A stretch of DNA of 59,440 bases, filler included, from Dugesia japonica (lineage: Eukaryota), in the NCBI GenBank assembly GCA_001938525.1. It is 5 parts of 5 records of this genome, joined end to end, with 100 filler letters (N's around TTAATTAATTAA, not from the genome) between each part and the next. Parts side by side here need not be neighbours in the genome. Positions count along the whole stretch, not along the records: positions 24,864 to 36,719 come from MQRL01631903.1; positions 36,820 to 49,233 come from MQRL01591228.1; 3 more parts are not named here. One strand, given 5' to 3'. Each line of letters begins with the position of its first letter. Within the stretch, counting starts at the first letter, position 1. Made by a program: the position numbers and the translations under genes. The notes below the pieces were generated by a model. That model did no database searches and was not told the origin of the DNA. It saw nothing but the letters and a program-made list of their open reading frames with translations. Of this stretch, positions 25,240 to 37,865 are shown one piece after another.

Positions 25240-27015
25240 AAATATACGGTAACTGCATTCAATTGTCTAAAATCCAAATATATTCATATGCCTTCCTTTT
25301 ACTTTTTCTAAACACAAATCAATGGAGCATTCCATAGAGAATTGCATTTCCGGATAATATTATTCTCAAAANNNNNNNNNNNNNNNNNNNNNNNNNNNNN
25401 NNNNNNNNNNNNNNNNNNNNNNNNNNNNNNNNNNNNNNNNNNNNNNNNNNNNNNNNNNNNNNNNNNNNNNNNNNNNNNNNNNNNNNNNNNNNNNNNNNNN
25501 NNNNNNNNNAAATTTACCTGCTATGAAAACAACTTTATTTCTAATTATTTTCATTAGCACTTATTCGTTTTGAATTTTCAGAGTATTTAAGCTTCTTGCT
25601 AATCTCTCTCCTTTTTTATTTGTCTCCCAAATTATGCTTCAATATTACAAATGTAATTTTCAACTTTTCCATCTTTTTAACTATTGATCTTTTGTACAAG
25701 TCAGTATCAAAAGTTTTTTTGCATATCTATTCCTCCAATCACATATGGCGTCATTCTTTTTGCAACTAAGAAAGTAACCTCTTTGCAAGCGTCATAAATT
25801 GTCACTCCAGGTCTAGCTTTCCTAACAATCTCAAGTAAACTATCATTTGCACAACGCAATCTTTCATTGCTTATTTCAAAATGTATTTCTCGTAATTTAT
25901 TAAAATAACTTAAATTCATAACGTTAAATCAAGCCCCTGTATTTAAAATACATTTAACTTTATTTCCTTTGATTGAAACCGTAACACTTGGTCTGCATTG
26001 CAATTTTGGTAAGAAATATTTGTTTTCTCTTCTGCTTCAACTGTTCAAAATTCATTCCATATTTCTATTATCCCCAAAATTTTCCCTCTTTAAGAACCTG
26101 TATACTTTTTCTGTTACTTTACTGATATCATTCCACTTTTCAACCCCTAAAGGATATAAACTTACTTTATTTAACAATGGATGGCTCCGACCAATTCTTC
26201 TACTGGTATCACCCTGTCTTTTGGGTACTGTCTTCCAAAATCACTTTTATATACTTATTTTATATCCATTGTTTTTATTGACTTTTCCATCTGCAATTGC
26301 ATGTATTCGATTATATCGATTTCCTGGCTCACAAAGTTTTTAGTTATTATTTTTATTTTTAAATTGGTGTAGCCCTCTTCTATTCGATGTCTACAATTTT
26401 CACATCGTTTACATTTCACTTCTTGGTTTACATTTTCATCGTTTACATTTCACCTTCTAATTTGGCCCATCTTTCCTCAATCAAAGCATTTATTTTGTTT
26501 TTTATCAGGACAAACTCGACTTACGTGTCATTTTTTATGACAAGTCTATCAATTTTTTCTCGAAAAATATTTTTTAGTATAATCAATCTGAAGACATAAT
26601 CTAACCACAAGTTTTTGTTTTTTCTTCCCTTCATCTTATTTTCTACTTAATATATTATTTACAAGTTTCTGATAAATTTGACTTGTTACTCTCGCGTAAC
26701 TTTTAACTGCATCAACTTAATATCTTCTTTTATCTAATCAATCTACTAACGTCATTGTTTCTTCTAGTTTTTCTATATCCGATTGTTTCCTCAAAGTCAT
26801 TTTTTCTTCAACATTTTTGTTATCTGAAAAATCATTTTGCTATCATTTTTTTCTTAGTGAAATCTTTTTTTACAAATAATCTTTTCACTAAATCTTTTAA
26901 ATTCTTAAAAATAAATCTGAATCTCTTCATTTTCACGCCTGTAGTTAATCAAACTTTGAAAATTTTTGATGGCATCTTTCTTTTTCTCAAATTTTAAACT
27001 TAAACAACCATGAAA
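25240..27015 (-). mobile_element. Ty3/Gypsy gag-protease-RT start relic, same family as 37866-41608
   Basis: PSVTVSIKGNKVKCILNTGA protease site, LRCANDS, ICLDFRQLNAV; long DNA similarity with 40400-41580. Confidence 0.85.
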
Positions 27016-27761
27016 TCCTTAAACCGTTTTCAATGTCTTTGCATATTCTTCCAACAAATCGTCATTTAATAAACAAGAATCTATTATTTCCTGTTGTTTC
27101 TTCTCGGTAATGTATATATCATCAAAATTCAATTCAAAATGCATTATTAATTTTTCAATGTCATCATCTGTACAGAACACATTTGGAAATAATCTATCTG
27201 TAATAGAATGGGTATTTACCGCTGCCACCATATTAGGTAAATCTTCTAATTATTTTCAGAATCACAAATATCGATTTCATACATTTTTTTCACAGTTATC
27301 AAATATATTTAATTCACATAATTATAGAGTAAATAGAAACAATTGTATAAAATTACTCATTTTAATCCATTTTTGTTGGATGAAATTATTCATAATTATT
27401 TCCTTATAATAACTTTTAAATAAACGTTATAGTTGATTTAATAATTAAATGTTTATATTAAAAATTATTTATGTATAAACAACGAAAATAATTATTGTTT
27501 TTCTAACTTCCTTACAGACATTATCGTCATGTCAAAATGTTTTTTATTTCATTTAGATTTTATTTTCATAAATATGATTAAATTATTCAAATTATAGATA
27601 GTACTGAATCAAATATATTTGTATATTTTTAAATTTGAAAATCAGTAACGTGTTACGAATAGAATAAATCAAAATTTGTTTTTGAAGTTAAGTGTTGAGT
27701 TCTGCGTCTTTCTATTTGGAATTAGTGAGATCAACTTCGAGAATATTTGAACTATATATAT

Positions 27762-29218
27762 GGTTTGGTGACACTTAATTACGCGTCATTTAAACACTCG
27801 ACATTTAATAACTCGACACTTAATCACTGGATGATTAAAATTGTGGNTGATTGTGATCCTCAACATAATCATAATCATAAGAATAATTTTTTGGCCAAAC
27901 AATTAGTTGCTAAAATGAAAGACGAAATGGGTGAAATATCGACTACAACAACTGAAATGATAGTTTCTGTAGGTAAAGAGCTTTAATCGGATGTTCTTTT
28001 AGCTTTACCATAAAAAGATTCTCTTAATCGAAATTTGCAGCAAAATCGCCAAAAGATACAGTCGGAGTCAGGATTGACATATCGTCTTCCACCTCCAAAA
28101 GATATGACATTCAATATACCTGAAGAATTTCAAAATTTGATTTTATATGATTCAGGATCTGGATCTGATCGGCTTTTGATAATTGTAAGTGACGAATTAT
28201 TTAATGGATTGGCTAGAGCTAAACTATAGTTGGCTGATGGAACATTCAAAGTAGTTCCTTCTGTATTTTTTTCAGCTATACATTATAAATTTTCCACTTG
28301 TTCCTGGTATAAATCCTACTGTAATTTACTGTCTGGTTCAAACAAAAACACGTGCTGTTTATGATCGCATTATAATGGCAGTTAAACAGATGATTCCATT
28401 GGCTACGCCAGATAGAATACTGCTCGATTTTGAGAGTGCTGCAATAAGTGTCTTTAGAGCACCTTTTCCAAATGTAAATATCATGAGCTGCTATTTTCCT
28501 CTTACGTCAAGTGTAAAGCGGAAAGTAAATGAAATTGACATGAAAGTCGATTAATAAGATACCTTAGCCTTTGTCCTATTTTGAAATAACTTATATTTGA
28601 GGCAGAAGGCGACCAGGACGTACTGAATATTATGGTTCAACGCTCTTTCCAATAGAAAGCTGGAATCATTATGAAAGTGCATCTGAAGGAATAGCCAGAA
28701 CAATGAACTCCGTAGAATGTTGGGATTATGGACTACAGATATTTTTTCAATGCCACCATCCTACATTATAGACTTTTATAAAAGGAATCTCAAAGGATAT
28801 GCAAATGCAACGAAATGCATTTTTACAGGTATATCTAGCGTGTAATCCACTGTATCCAAAGATTACAAGTTAATGAAACAGAGAGTAAAAAATACAGTTG
28901 ATAGATATCTGTCGAGTGAAATATTATTTACGTAGTCTTGCACAGATGTCATGTAATTAATAAATTTATATTGTGAAAGGTTTTTTATTTTATTTTACTT
29001 TATTGTATTCATTTTATTGAATTGTACTATTAATAAATTAAATATATTAACATCGCCTGATTAAGTATTTTTATTTTTAAATGTCGATGATAATGTGTCG
29101 ATCGATTAAATATCGGCGGTTAAGTGTCTCGTGATTAAATGTTCGTTATGTAGTTGATTAAGTGTCTACGTGATTAAATGCCGGTGATTAATTGTCGCGT
29201 GATTAAGTGTCCGTACAC
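27762..29218 (+). mobile_element. Mutator-like (MULE) element with decayed transposase
   Basis: ADGTFKVVP, LLDFESAAI, CYF motifs; TIRs built of gacacttaatcac subrepeats; tatatatat on both flanks (possible 9-bp TSD). Confidence 0.88.
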
Positions 29219-31169
29219 TATATATATATATAAAGATAAAACCAGCATGTTAATTAATAATTAAATGAAATCAAGTATTTTTGCTAATTTATTCCCTTGG
29301 TCCCTTTTCGTTTCCCTTCTCTTTATAAGCTAGTTTTTTTGTGCGCTTAAAATGCAAAATTATTCAGTATTTTTAGCTGAATGTTGAAAAATAATGATGC
29401 TACTAAATCTTCTCACAAATTAAATAAAATAAAAAACAAACATATCATAAAATATAAATTCAAATAAGAATTCATTACCTCCAATTTAGAACTATCCAAT
29501 TAACTAACTAGAAGATAATTAACGATTTATTAATTAAAATTATAAAATCAAAATATCATTAAAATAATTATAAAATTAAAATCAAATTACGAAATCAATA
29601 AATAAATTCAATATCATAAATCATTAAAATCAAATAACAATCAATAATTTTAAAAACTAATCTAAAATCAATAAATAACAAAAATTATGAATAAATGATA
29701 GTAAATAATAAATCAAGTAATGACAAAGGGGTCATAATATTGTTATTTGTCAACTAATTAATTGATTGGATTGGATCGAGGATTGTTTGATGACCCATCA
29801 TAAGCAAATGTTAAATTTGGTATTTATTTAAGTACTTATTTGTTACAAATTACAATTCAATTTATTAAAATGTTATCTCACAAAATTGGCAAACCTATAT
29901 GAAAATTATACCAAATTCAAATTGATTATAATTAAACTATACGTAAATTAGTTTGAAGTATGCGATAAAGTGAAATTGATTTAAGCCTTTTGCCGTTAAT
30001 TTAGACACTTTTGAAATGAGTATAATTTTAGCGAATTATTTGATGTTCTATTTAAGAAAATATCTCAAAGAAAATTGAGACAATTACAAACACTCTACTG
30101 ATCAAGCACGTTAAANNNNNNNNNNNNNNNNNNNAATTCTTTTTTAATTATTTTTAATTATTAAAAATCTTTTAATATTCTGTTGAAATTGGTATTTTAA
30201 TAACAATATGTCTTTAAATTCAAAGGAATTTATATCATTGAAAAAAATAATTTCTGCTATAGCAATTTAGCTTTTTGATCGTTCACTAAAAAAAATTCAG
30301 ACATATTAATAAAATGAGACAAAAAAGCTTTTCCGTGATTAAGAATATTTTTCAATAATCACTGTTTGAAATCTAATGAAATAGTGAGTTTTTTTAATTT
30401 AGTATTAAGACAATTTTAAGACTTAAATTAAATAAAACTGTCTTTTCACATATTAAGTTATTTAACCACATTAGAAAATATTGATAAAATGAGTTAGCTA
30501 AAAAACTTTAAGAAGAATATAATTTCAGAATATTTAAATCTTTGAATGTTTCCCGATTTTTTATTTAAATATCATAAATGTCAAAATTTTAGAGTAATTA
30601 GTTCCTAGATTTATTGGATTCATAAAAACAAAACACAAAATAAATAATATATTTACAATAATAGCAATAATCTTGCGAAATGTTTTCTTTTATTCTTTAA
30701 TATCCATCATTTTTTAAAATATAATATTTGAAGTTTAATTTTCTTTAAAGTATTTAATAAAATTATTTAATTTTTAAATTAATTTTAACAAAATTAAAAA
30801 AACGTTTCTTATTTAAAAATATTTAAAATTCAATTTTAATAAAATATTTCCTTTCATTGAAAATATGTATGCTTTAAAATATTTGTTTTATTTAAAAGAA
30901 TATTTATAACTATAATTTGGCATCGCTTTGCTTGATTTCTAAAAATTTGGTTGCCATTCAGAATTAAATATTTGAACAACAATACTTTAATTTAAAGTTA
31001 AAATTGTTAAATTTTTAAACACTTAGTGATGGCAATTTCCAGCAACTTTAATTTAATTTTTTCAACTTAAAGCGTTATTTTGTCTGTCATTTGATTATAG
31101 ATTTCCTTTAAAATGAAAAAAAGCAAATATTTTTTGTTTTTTACAAAGCTTCATGATATATAACACTTA

Positions 31170-31440
31170 CATATCACTTCAACACCGATTTGATTCTTAT
31201 TGAGCAGTTCCATTAGCACGATGTAGTCTTTGAGCTTCTGTATTTGATCATTTTTGATTTTAGATCTGATGAGGAGATGAATTATTCAAAACATTCTGAC
31301 GATATCTTTGATTAGCTTGTAGTCTTCTTAATGACGCTTCATGTAGCTGTACATTACATGCCGTCGTGTTTCTTAATCTTATTGAATAACTCTATTCATT
31401 TTGTTGATTATTTTGATTTTTTCTTGATGGTATTTTAATT
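31170..31440 (-). pseudogene. Possible Helitron RepHel N-terminal (R/Q/E-rich repeat) relic
   Basis: RRLQANQRYRQN...EAQRLHRANGTAQ with stops, ending at a GTAAGT donor. Confidence 0.3.
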
Positions 31441-31529
31441 CTATTTAATTTGTAAGCNNNNNNNNNTCAATATAATAAAAATGTTTTAAATGTGATGACA
31501 ATAATAATTCTCAAATGATTGGATTAAAC

Positions 31530-31833
31530 CAGTGGTCTTCAAATTTTTTTGCTTGCGGAACCCTTTTACAAAAAAGAATTTTTTGCGGAATCCAAATTTA
31601 CTTTTTAAAATTTAAGTTTAATTTTTTAATACAATATTTAACAAATNNNNNNNNNNNNNNNNNNNNNNNNNNNNNNNNNNNNNNNNNNNNNNNNNNTAAT
31701 ACAATATTTAACAAATATAAAATAAAATATTTTATAAACAAAACTATATTAATAAATATTAAACAAAAAAGTTTTCAAAGCTTAAAAAATATGTATGAAA
31801 ATATTTTTTTGTGGAACCCTAAGAAGACCACTG
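31530..31833. mobile_element. hAT (Charlie/Buster-type) MITE
   Basis: TIR CAGTGGTCTTC/GAAGACCACTG; perfect 8-bp TSD gattaaac. Confidence 0.92.
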
Positions 31834-32457
31834 GATTAAACAANTAAAAATATTTAAATGACTTTAACAACAAAATTAAAAAGAAACTAAAAAACTTGAA
31901 ATTTTTGTCTGTGTTCTGATAGCTGACCTGAGGAGATTGTTTATCAAAAAATGTATCATCGCTGATGCATTAAAATTACACGATTTCTGATTTTTTATTT
32001 TTATGTGCCTTCACAACCAATTGGTTAGTTGAAAATTTTCTAAATTATGGATATATTTCGCATAGAACTTGTTTCAAAGAACTTGTAATACAAACATTTA
32101 TTTCAATATATTGTCTCATTGTACCTTTTAAAATTTTCGTTTAAATTTAAAAAAGTCAAAAATTGACACAATTAACAGTTGATATCTTCGAAACCCAAAA
32201 TTTTTCACGAACGTTTTTAAATGCGTTCAGTTTGTCTTTAAAAAAAAACTACATTTTACTTCTTAAGCTATCTTGATTAATTTAGTCAAATAATGTAAAA
32301 AAACTCGATATCTTATATCAGACTAAAAAAACGTTTTTATTATATATAATTTATTGAATTCAATTTTGAATTTAAAATTCTCATCATTTTATTTAAACTT
32401 CTATTAACGTCGCAAAGATGTTTTTTTGAAATTTTTAAATTATATTAAACTTTTGAC

Positions 32458-32939
32458 CAATGAACGGCAACCTTTTATCGCTCGTGACACACTATAGCTG
32501 AAAATTATTTTCGCGGCACACAAATAAAAAATTACATTATAGTTTCAAAAGAATATTTATTTTCATTCATTTATCTAACTTTTACAATCGGTTCTAATTC
32601 AATAAAAGAATTTATGACTAACGTGACACTTGTGGTGGTTTTTTTTTTGACCACATTAGTTCAAAACGCGGTTCCATGTGAGACAAGCAAACTCTCATTT
32701 CCTGGTCGATCATCTGCAATCTTTCGCATTTTTTAGATTTAATTTCTGTGAGTGCTGAGAAACCAAACTTGCAAAGATATGATTATCCAAATGGCAGCAG
32801 CGAATAAATTGCATTTTTAGTTAACTGAGGATATTCGTTTTGAAGTGATATCTAGAAAGCCGAAAGCTCTATTTCAGAAAACGAATAAAAAGCAAATCAT
32901 TTCAAATATTTTTCGTGACACACCGGTTACCAACCACTG
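32458..32939 (-). mobile_element. hAT Buster/Charlie deletion derivative retaining the transposase C-terminus
   Basis: LLPFG*SYLCKFGFSALTEIKSK...RL...EMRVCLS..EPR; CA(A/G)TG TIRs; near-perfect 8-bp TSD (c/t)ttttgac. Confidence 0.85.
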
Positions 32940-33073
32940 TTTTTGACTGTCGGCATTACTTGCATGAAAACAAAACGTATATTTTCATATTGAGCGTTAA
33001 ATATGGTTAGTATTTTTCATTTTAAAGCACAACTTAAAAGCTATCAATAAAAGCCAAAGATCGCTCGTTTTCA

Positions 33074-33461
33074 CAGAGGCTTAGCTAGGGAGGNNNNNNN
33101 NNNNNNNNNNNNNNNNNNNNNNNNNNNNNNNNNNNNNNNNNNNTCAAGATTGAAGGTTCGTCACTCTCTTGCAGTCAACCTTTTGTTATGCACTATCAAT
33201 CTTATTGTGTGAATTTATTATTGCTAAACCTACAGATTTGCTAAGACTACAGATTTTGTAACCTATGACCAGAAACATACATCTTATTTGGATATAGTAT
33301 TTCGTTTCTATTGCTTGACTTATCACATGTTTCGTCTGCATCAGTTTCTTCTTTTGTCTTTAAATTAGTAGCCGTTACATTAGATGACTCTTAATTTTTC
33401 AGTGGGGGGTGCAAAATATGAATCTTGTCTCCGGGTGCCAAACACATTAGCTACGCCTCTG
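33074..33461. mobile_element. hAT-type MITE
   Basis: TIR CAGAGGC(T/G)TAGCTA at both ends; degenerate 8-bp TSD. Confidence 0.7.
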
Positions 33462-33614
33462 CATTTGCAGTAAAATAAATCCGTTGGTAAGGTCACCTAT
33501 TTTATTTCAAATAATTTCAAAATTGAAATTAAATAATTCATAAAATTTTATAATATTATTTGAGATTGAATATTTTAAGTTATATTTATATATTACATTG
33601 ATTTATGTTTACAG

Positions 33615-33724
33615 AAGTGGATGGATTATCAACTAAGATGGGAGCCTTCTGATTTTGGTAATGTAGATGTTGCTAGAATCAATCCAAGTCGAGTATGGCA
33701 GCCTGATATTGTTCTTTTTAATAA
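33615..33724 (+). CDS. Nicotinic acetylcholine receptor subunit, single ligand-binding-domain exon
   Basis: ttacag | KWMDYQLRWEPSDFGNVDVARINPSRVWQPDIVLFN(N) | gtaaat; 110-nt exon matching the conserved nAChR exon size and the WxPDIVLxNN loop A. Confidence 0.93.
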
Positions 33725-33793
33725 GTAAATCTTTCATATTTAAATTTTAAAATACGTACTTTTATTCACAAATTAATATTATTATTTATATAT

Positions 33794-34604
33794 ATTAAGT
33801 TTATCAGAAAGTTCCTTCAGCTTTTAATATGAAAACAATATAAATTTCTAAACACACAGAAAATATTCATTCTAAAACACATTGGCTATTAATATCGACA
33901 ATTTTTCGCTATCTCTCTGTCAACAGCATGATTAACATTTCATAAAATTTATGATTGTGTTTAGCATAAAATTCTTCTAGGTATTTTTGGATACTATCAT
34001 CTGAGGTAATGGTTTACCAAGCTAAAGAGTTATGTAAAGACCGAAGCAGATAATAGTCTGATAGTATCATATTAGGACTATATGGTAAGTTTCAGTAATT
34101 TTTGTCGAGTCTTCTAATATATGCGAGGTTTTACATTGTCGGGATGGAAAACAACACATCAATGATTTACTAATTTTGAACGTTACTGCTACAAACAATC
34201 CTTAATTGGCTGACAGTAGGCATATGAGTCAATTGTTGAGTTAACTAGTAAGAGTTCAAATTATACTGTCCCCTTATAATCTCACCATATTGACAATATG
34301 ACCTTTTCTGGAGAGTTTCAATATTTAGTGTTGTTTGAGTTGGTTAACTATGCTTGAACCATAATCTTTTATGTTAACTTTTTTCGTAGCCAGTCATGAG
34401 TTTCTTTAACATTGAATTGGTCTGATTACATTAGACATAATAGCATATCACAGATATTGATTTTTTGAATTAAATGATTTTTTTCCAATTCAAATATCAA
34501 ACGTCTTTACGTATCCAAGTCTTTTCAATTTGTTTTCCGGATTTGTCTCGATTTTCCTATATTCTCTCGTTATTAATGTTCTAAAAGGTATTCTTGTTTC
34601 TCTG
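33794..34604 (-). mobile_element. mariner (Mos1-like) transposase relic
   Basis: LGYVKTFDI, TGYEK (TGDEKW), VFHPDNVKP (HDNARPH), YSPNMILSDYYLLRSL (YSPDLAPSDY). Confidence 0.85.
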
Positions 34605-35641
34605 ANNNNNNNNNNNNNNNNNNNNNNNNNNNNNNNNNNNNNNNNNNNNNNNNNNNNNNNNNNNNNNNNNNNNNNNNNNNNNNNNNNNNNNNNNNNNNNN
34701 NNNNNNNNNNNNNNNNNNNNNNNNNNNNNNNNNNNNNNNNNNNNNNNNNNNNNNNNNNNNNNNNNNNNNNNNNNNNNNNNNNNNNNNNNNNNNNNNNNNN
34801 NNCTATTTTGTTAGCGATAACATTGTAATTTTGATTGAAATACATAAATCAATATTATAATACATTTTCCAGTTGGATATCCCGATTTTATTTATAAAAC
34901 AAAACAAAAAAAATTAAATATAAAACGATTTAACACTGAAAATTAAATCAAAAATTCATTTCTATATTTTAAATAAATGTTAAAAGACTTTATTTTTTTT
35001 AAGAAATTTAATAAAACATATAAGACGTTATCGAGCGGTATTACCAAGCGTTATTTTGAGAGGTTGGCACGGTTTAATTGCCTTTTGAACTTATATATTC
35101 ATTTTCTTCTATAAATACCAGGAAAAATTTCCAGTAATTAAATTAAATTATATTTTTACTATTTTACTTTAATCGGAAAACGCGTTTCAAAACTATGTTC
35201 TATTTTAGAATAATTAACCAAATTTTATTTAAAAATTCATCATTTAAATAAAATTCAAAAAACCGTCATTTATTTCTTAAAGATTTCTTTTGATATAATT
35301 TAATTCTTTTTCATTTTGTATTTAATATATTTAATTAATTTTATTTTTAAAATTTATATACTTTTATTTCAAAATAAAAATTAAATTTGTAAACAAATAC
35401 CATCAATTAACGTGATTTGTCCCATCTGTAATAGACATTTACGAAATGATTCTTGAATAAATTATAAATAATCTTGCATTCAAACTGAAAAAAAATTAAA
35501 ATATTTAACACGTTTTTTCAGTAACAATTTCCACAAGACCACTATGTTTGTATAAAAATACATTTTTAGAACCTTTCAAAAAAAACATTAAATCTTTAAT
35601 ATTCATCACAATATAATTTGTAAACCGAAAATAAGTACGTA

Positions 35642-35988
35642 GATTGGTCAGCATGACCTTATCATTTTGATTGGTCAATTCAAAAAATTCTCTTAACTCC
35701 CGCCCCCTCACCCTCGCGAAAATACATTACAGTTGGGTATGAAATTGTATGAGTTATCGCGCATTTATTGATTATTGATTTTCTTTTAAAAAGCTAGTGC
35801 AATTTCAAGAGCAAGTTCAATTGCAAGTGCACAATATTGATTGATTATTGATTTTGAAGTGAATTTTGATTTTAAAGTGATTTTGGATATACTAATTAAT
35901 TTACAGTGCTGATGGGGAAGGGAAGTGAAAGTGGGGGAAATAGTTTTTGAATTGCCCAATCAAAATGATGAGGTCATGCTGACCAATC
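35642..35988. promoter_or_regulatory. 45-bp inverted repeat pair, each arm with two CCAAT boxes (possible bidirectional promoter)
   Basis: 35642-35686 vs 35944-35988 nearly perfectly reverse-complementary; GC-box-like tracts on the inner side of each arm. Confidence 0.4.
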
Positions 35989-36719
35989 CACCATATATTT
36001 GTTTTAGTTAAGTGTAGTTATCATGAATTTCAATTTTTTATTTTAAAGAATAAGTAAATTTTGCGGGACTTTAAAATTTTACTTTGGCCGGATATTTAAA
36101 TTTATTTTTACTTTTTTTTCCAGCGCCAAATTTAAAAATTTTTTCTTTTCTTCATCTTTGCTTTCCACTATCTTTTATTTTTAACTTTTTTATATTTTTT
36201 AATTTTTTTAAAGTTTCAATGATGCATTTCAATAGGGATTTTAAGTCTGTATCTAATCCCATTGATAACTTTTACAAAAATGTTCTTGTTGGTTACAGTG
36301 ACGTGTTTATTGGATTTCTGTTTAATGAGTCTATTGTAGTGATTTATTGTTGTATTTGAATGATTTTTATTTTGAATGAAAGAAGGAAACGCGGGACATA
36401 CGAAAAAATGGTTTGATATTTTTTAGGTGATGATGTGTGTGTATGTAAAAATGTAAATTTTTCTAATGAAGATTTCAACAGAATGGGTGTTGGGTGATAA
36501 CTTTTGGGTTTCTATGGTATATTAAAGTTGGTCATAAAAATTGGTCTATAGATTGTCAAAAGTAACTATGTGCTAAAATGTTTGTGTGGTGCATGAATTC
36601 AGCTGTTGTATTGTATTTTTGTATTTGTATCAGTTTCAAGTTTAGTTTTCAGGTTTTATAAGCTTAAAAATATGAAATAAGACATTTATTAAATTTATTT
36701 TACTTATAATGTGTTATCG

Positions 36720-36819
36720 NNNNNNNNNNNNNNNNNNNNNNNNNNNNNNNNNNNNNNNNNNNNTTAATTAATTAANNNNNNNNNNNNNNNNNNNNNNNNN
36801 NNNNNNNNNNNNNNNNNNN
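36720..36819. other. Artificial assembly linker
   Basis: 44 N + TTAATTAATTAA + 44 N. Confidence 0.97.
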
Positions 36820-37509
36820 CCCCATGATCGCAACAAGGCATTCTTCGTTTTCTAAAATTTTAATAGTGATAATAATAAGAAAGTTTCATACTAATGATCT
36901 ATCAATTTTATTGTAATTAAAATCTATATACACTTGCATGGTTTTATCTTTTGACTATAACTTGTAAATTATTATATGGTTTTCTGGTTATTCTATAGTT
37001 TTTGGATACTCAATGGTTTTCTAAACATTTATAGCTTTCTAGAGTTTCTATGGTTTCATGAGTTGCAAAGGGTTGAATTTGATNNNNNNNNNNNNNNNNN
37101 NNNNNNNNNNNNNNNNNNNNTATTTCGAGTTTAATAAAGCGAAATAACATTGGCACGCAAACTTGATTATTTCATACAACAATTCCATTACTTATTGAAC
37201 TGATATACACATTCTTCATATATGTTCTCATAAAAATATATTAATTTTTCCAAAGTATAATCAAAAAGATTGATTTTCATTAAAAATATTAGTTTTCATT
37301 AATTCATAGCAAAATACTTAAATTTAAGCAGTAATACTCTAATGACTTATACCATTGTCAATAAAATATTTTTTTACTATAATAATACTTACATCAATGT
37401 TATTTAGTGATTTTTCATTCTATAGATTTCATACAAATTTCAATATGTATACACTAAAGAATATGCACGCCTTATAAAAAATAGAGATATTTTCATAAGT
37501 ATACATTAA

Positions 37510-37564
<55 letters not shown>

Positions 37565-37614
37565 NNNNNNNNNNNNNNNNNNNNNNNNNNNNNNNNNNNN
37601 NNNNNNNNNNNNNN

Positions 37615-37675
<61 letters not shown>
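37510..37675 (+). repeat. (TTA)n microsatellite spanning a gap
   Basis: Direct observation. Confidence 0.95.
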
Positions 37676-37676
<1 letters not shown>

Positions 37677-37865
37677 ATTGTTAGGTAAATCTTCAATTGG
37701 TAATTCATTTTCCAAATCAGAACTAATATTTTGGTACATCATTTACTTTACATCTAAAACTCTGCTATTTATAAATAATCATCATTGAAAAGAATTGATT
37801 GAAACTTAGAACTGAAATAACTCAATTTCTATTGGCTAAAAATATTAAATAATAATTATTTTCTT

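Noticed and set aside
27019-27390. Host exon or Helitron fragment
   Set aside because: Coding-like but with stops and no recognisable motif
31264-31295. CTGATGA as a hammerhead core (also 15555)
   Set aside because: No stem II or correctly placed GAAA box
36963-37181. Solo LTR (TG...CA with AATAAA)
   Set aside because: No matching TSD and interrupted by a gap
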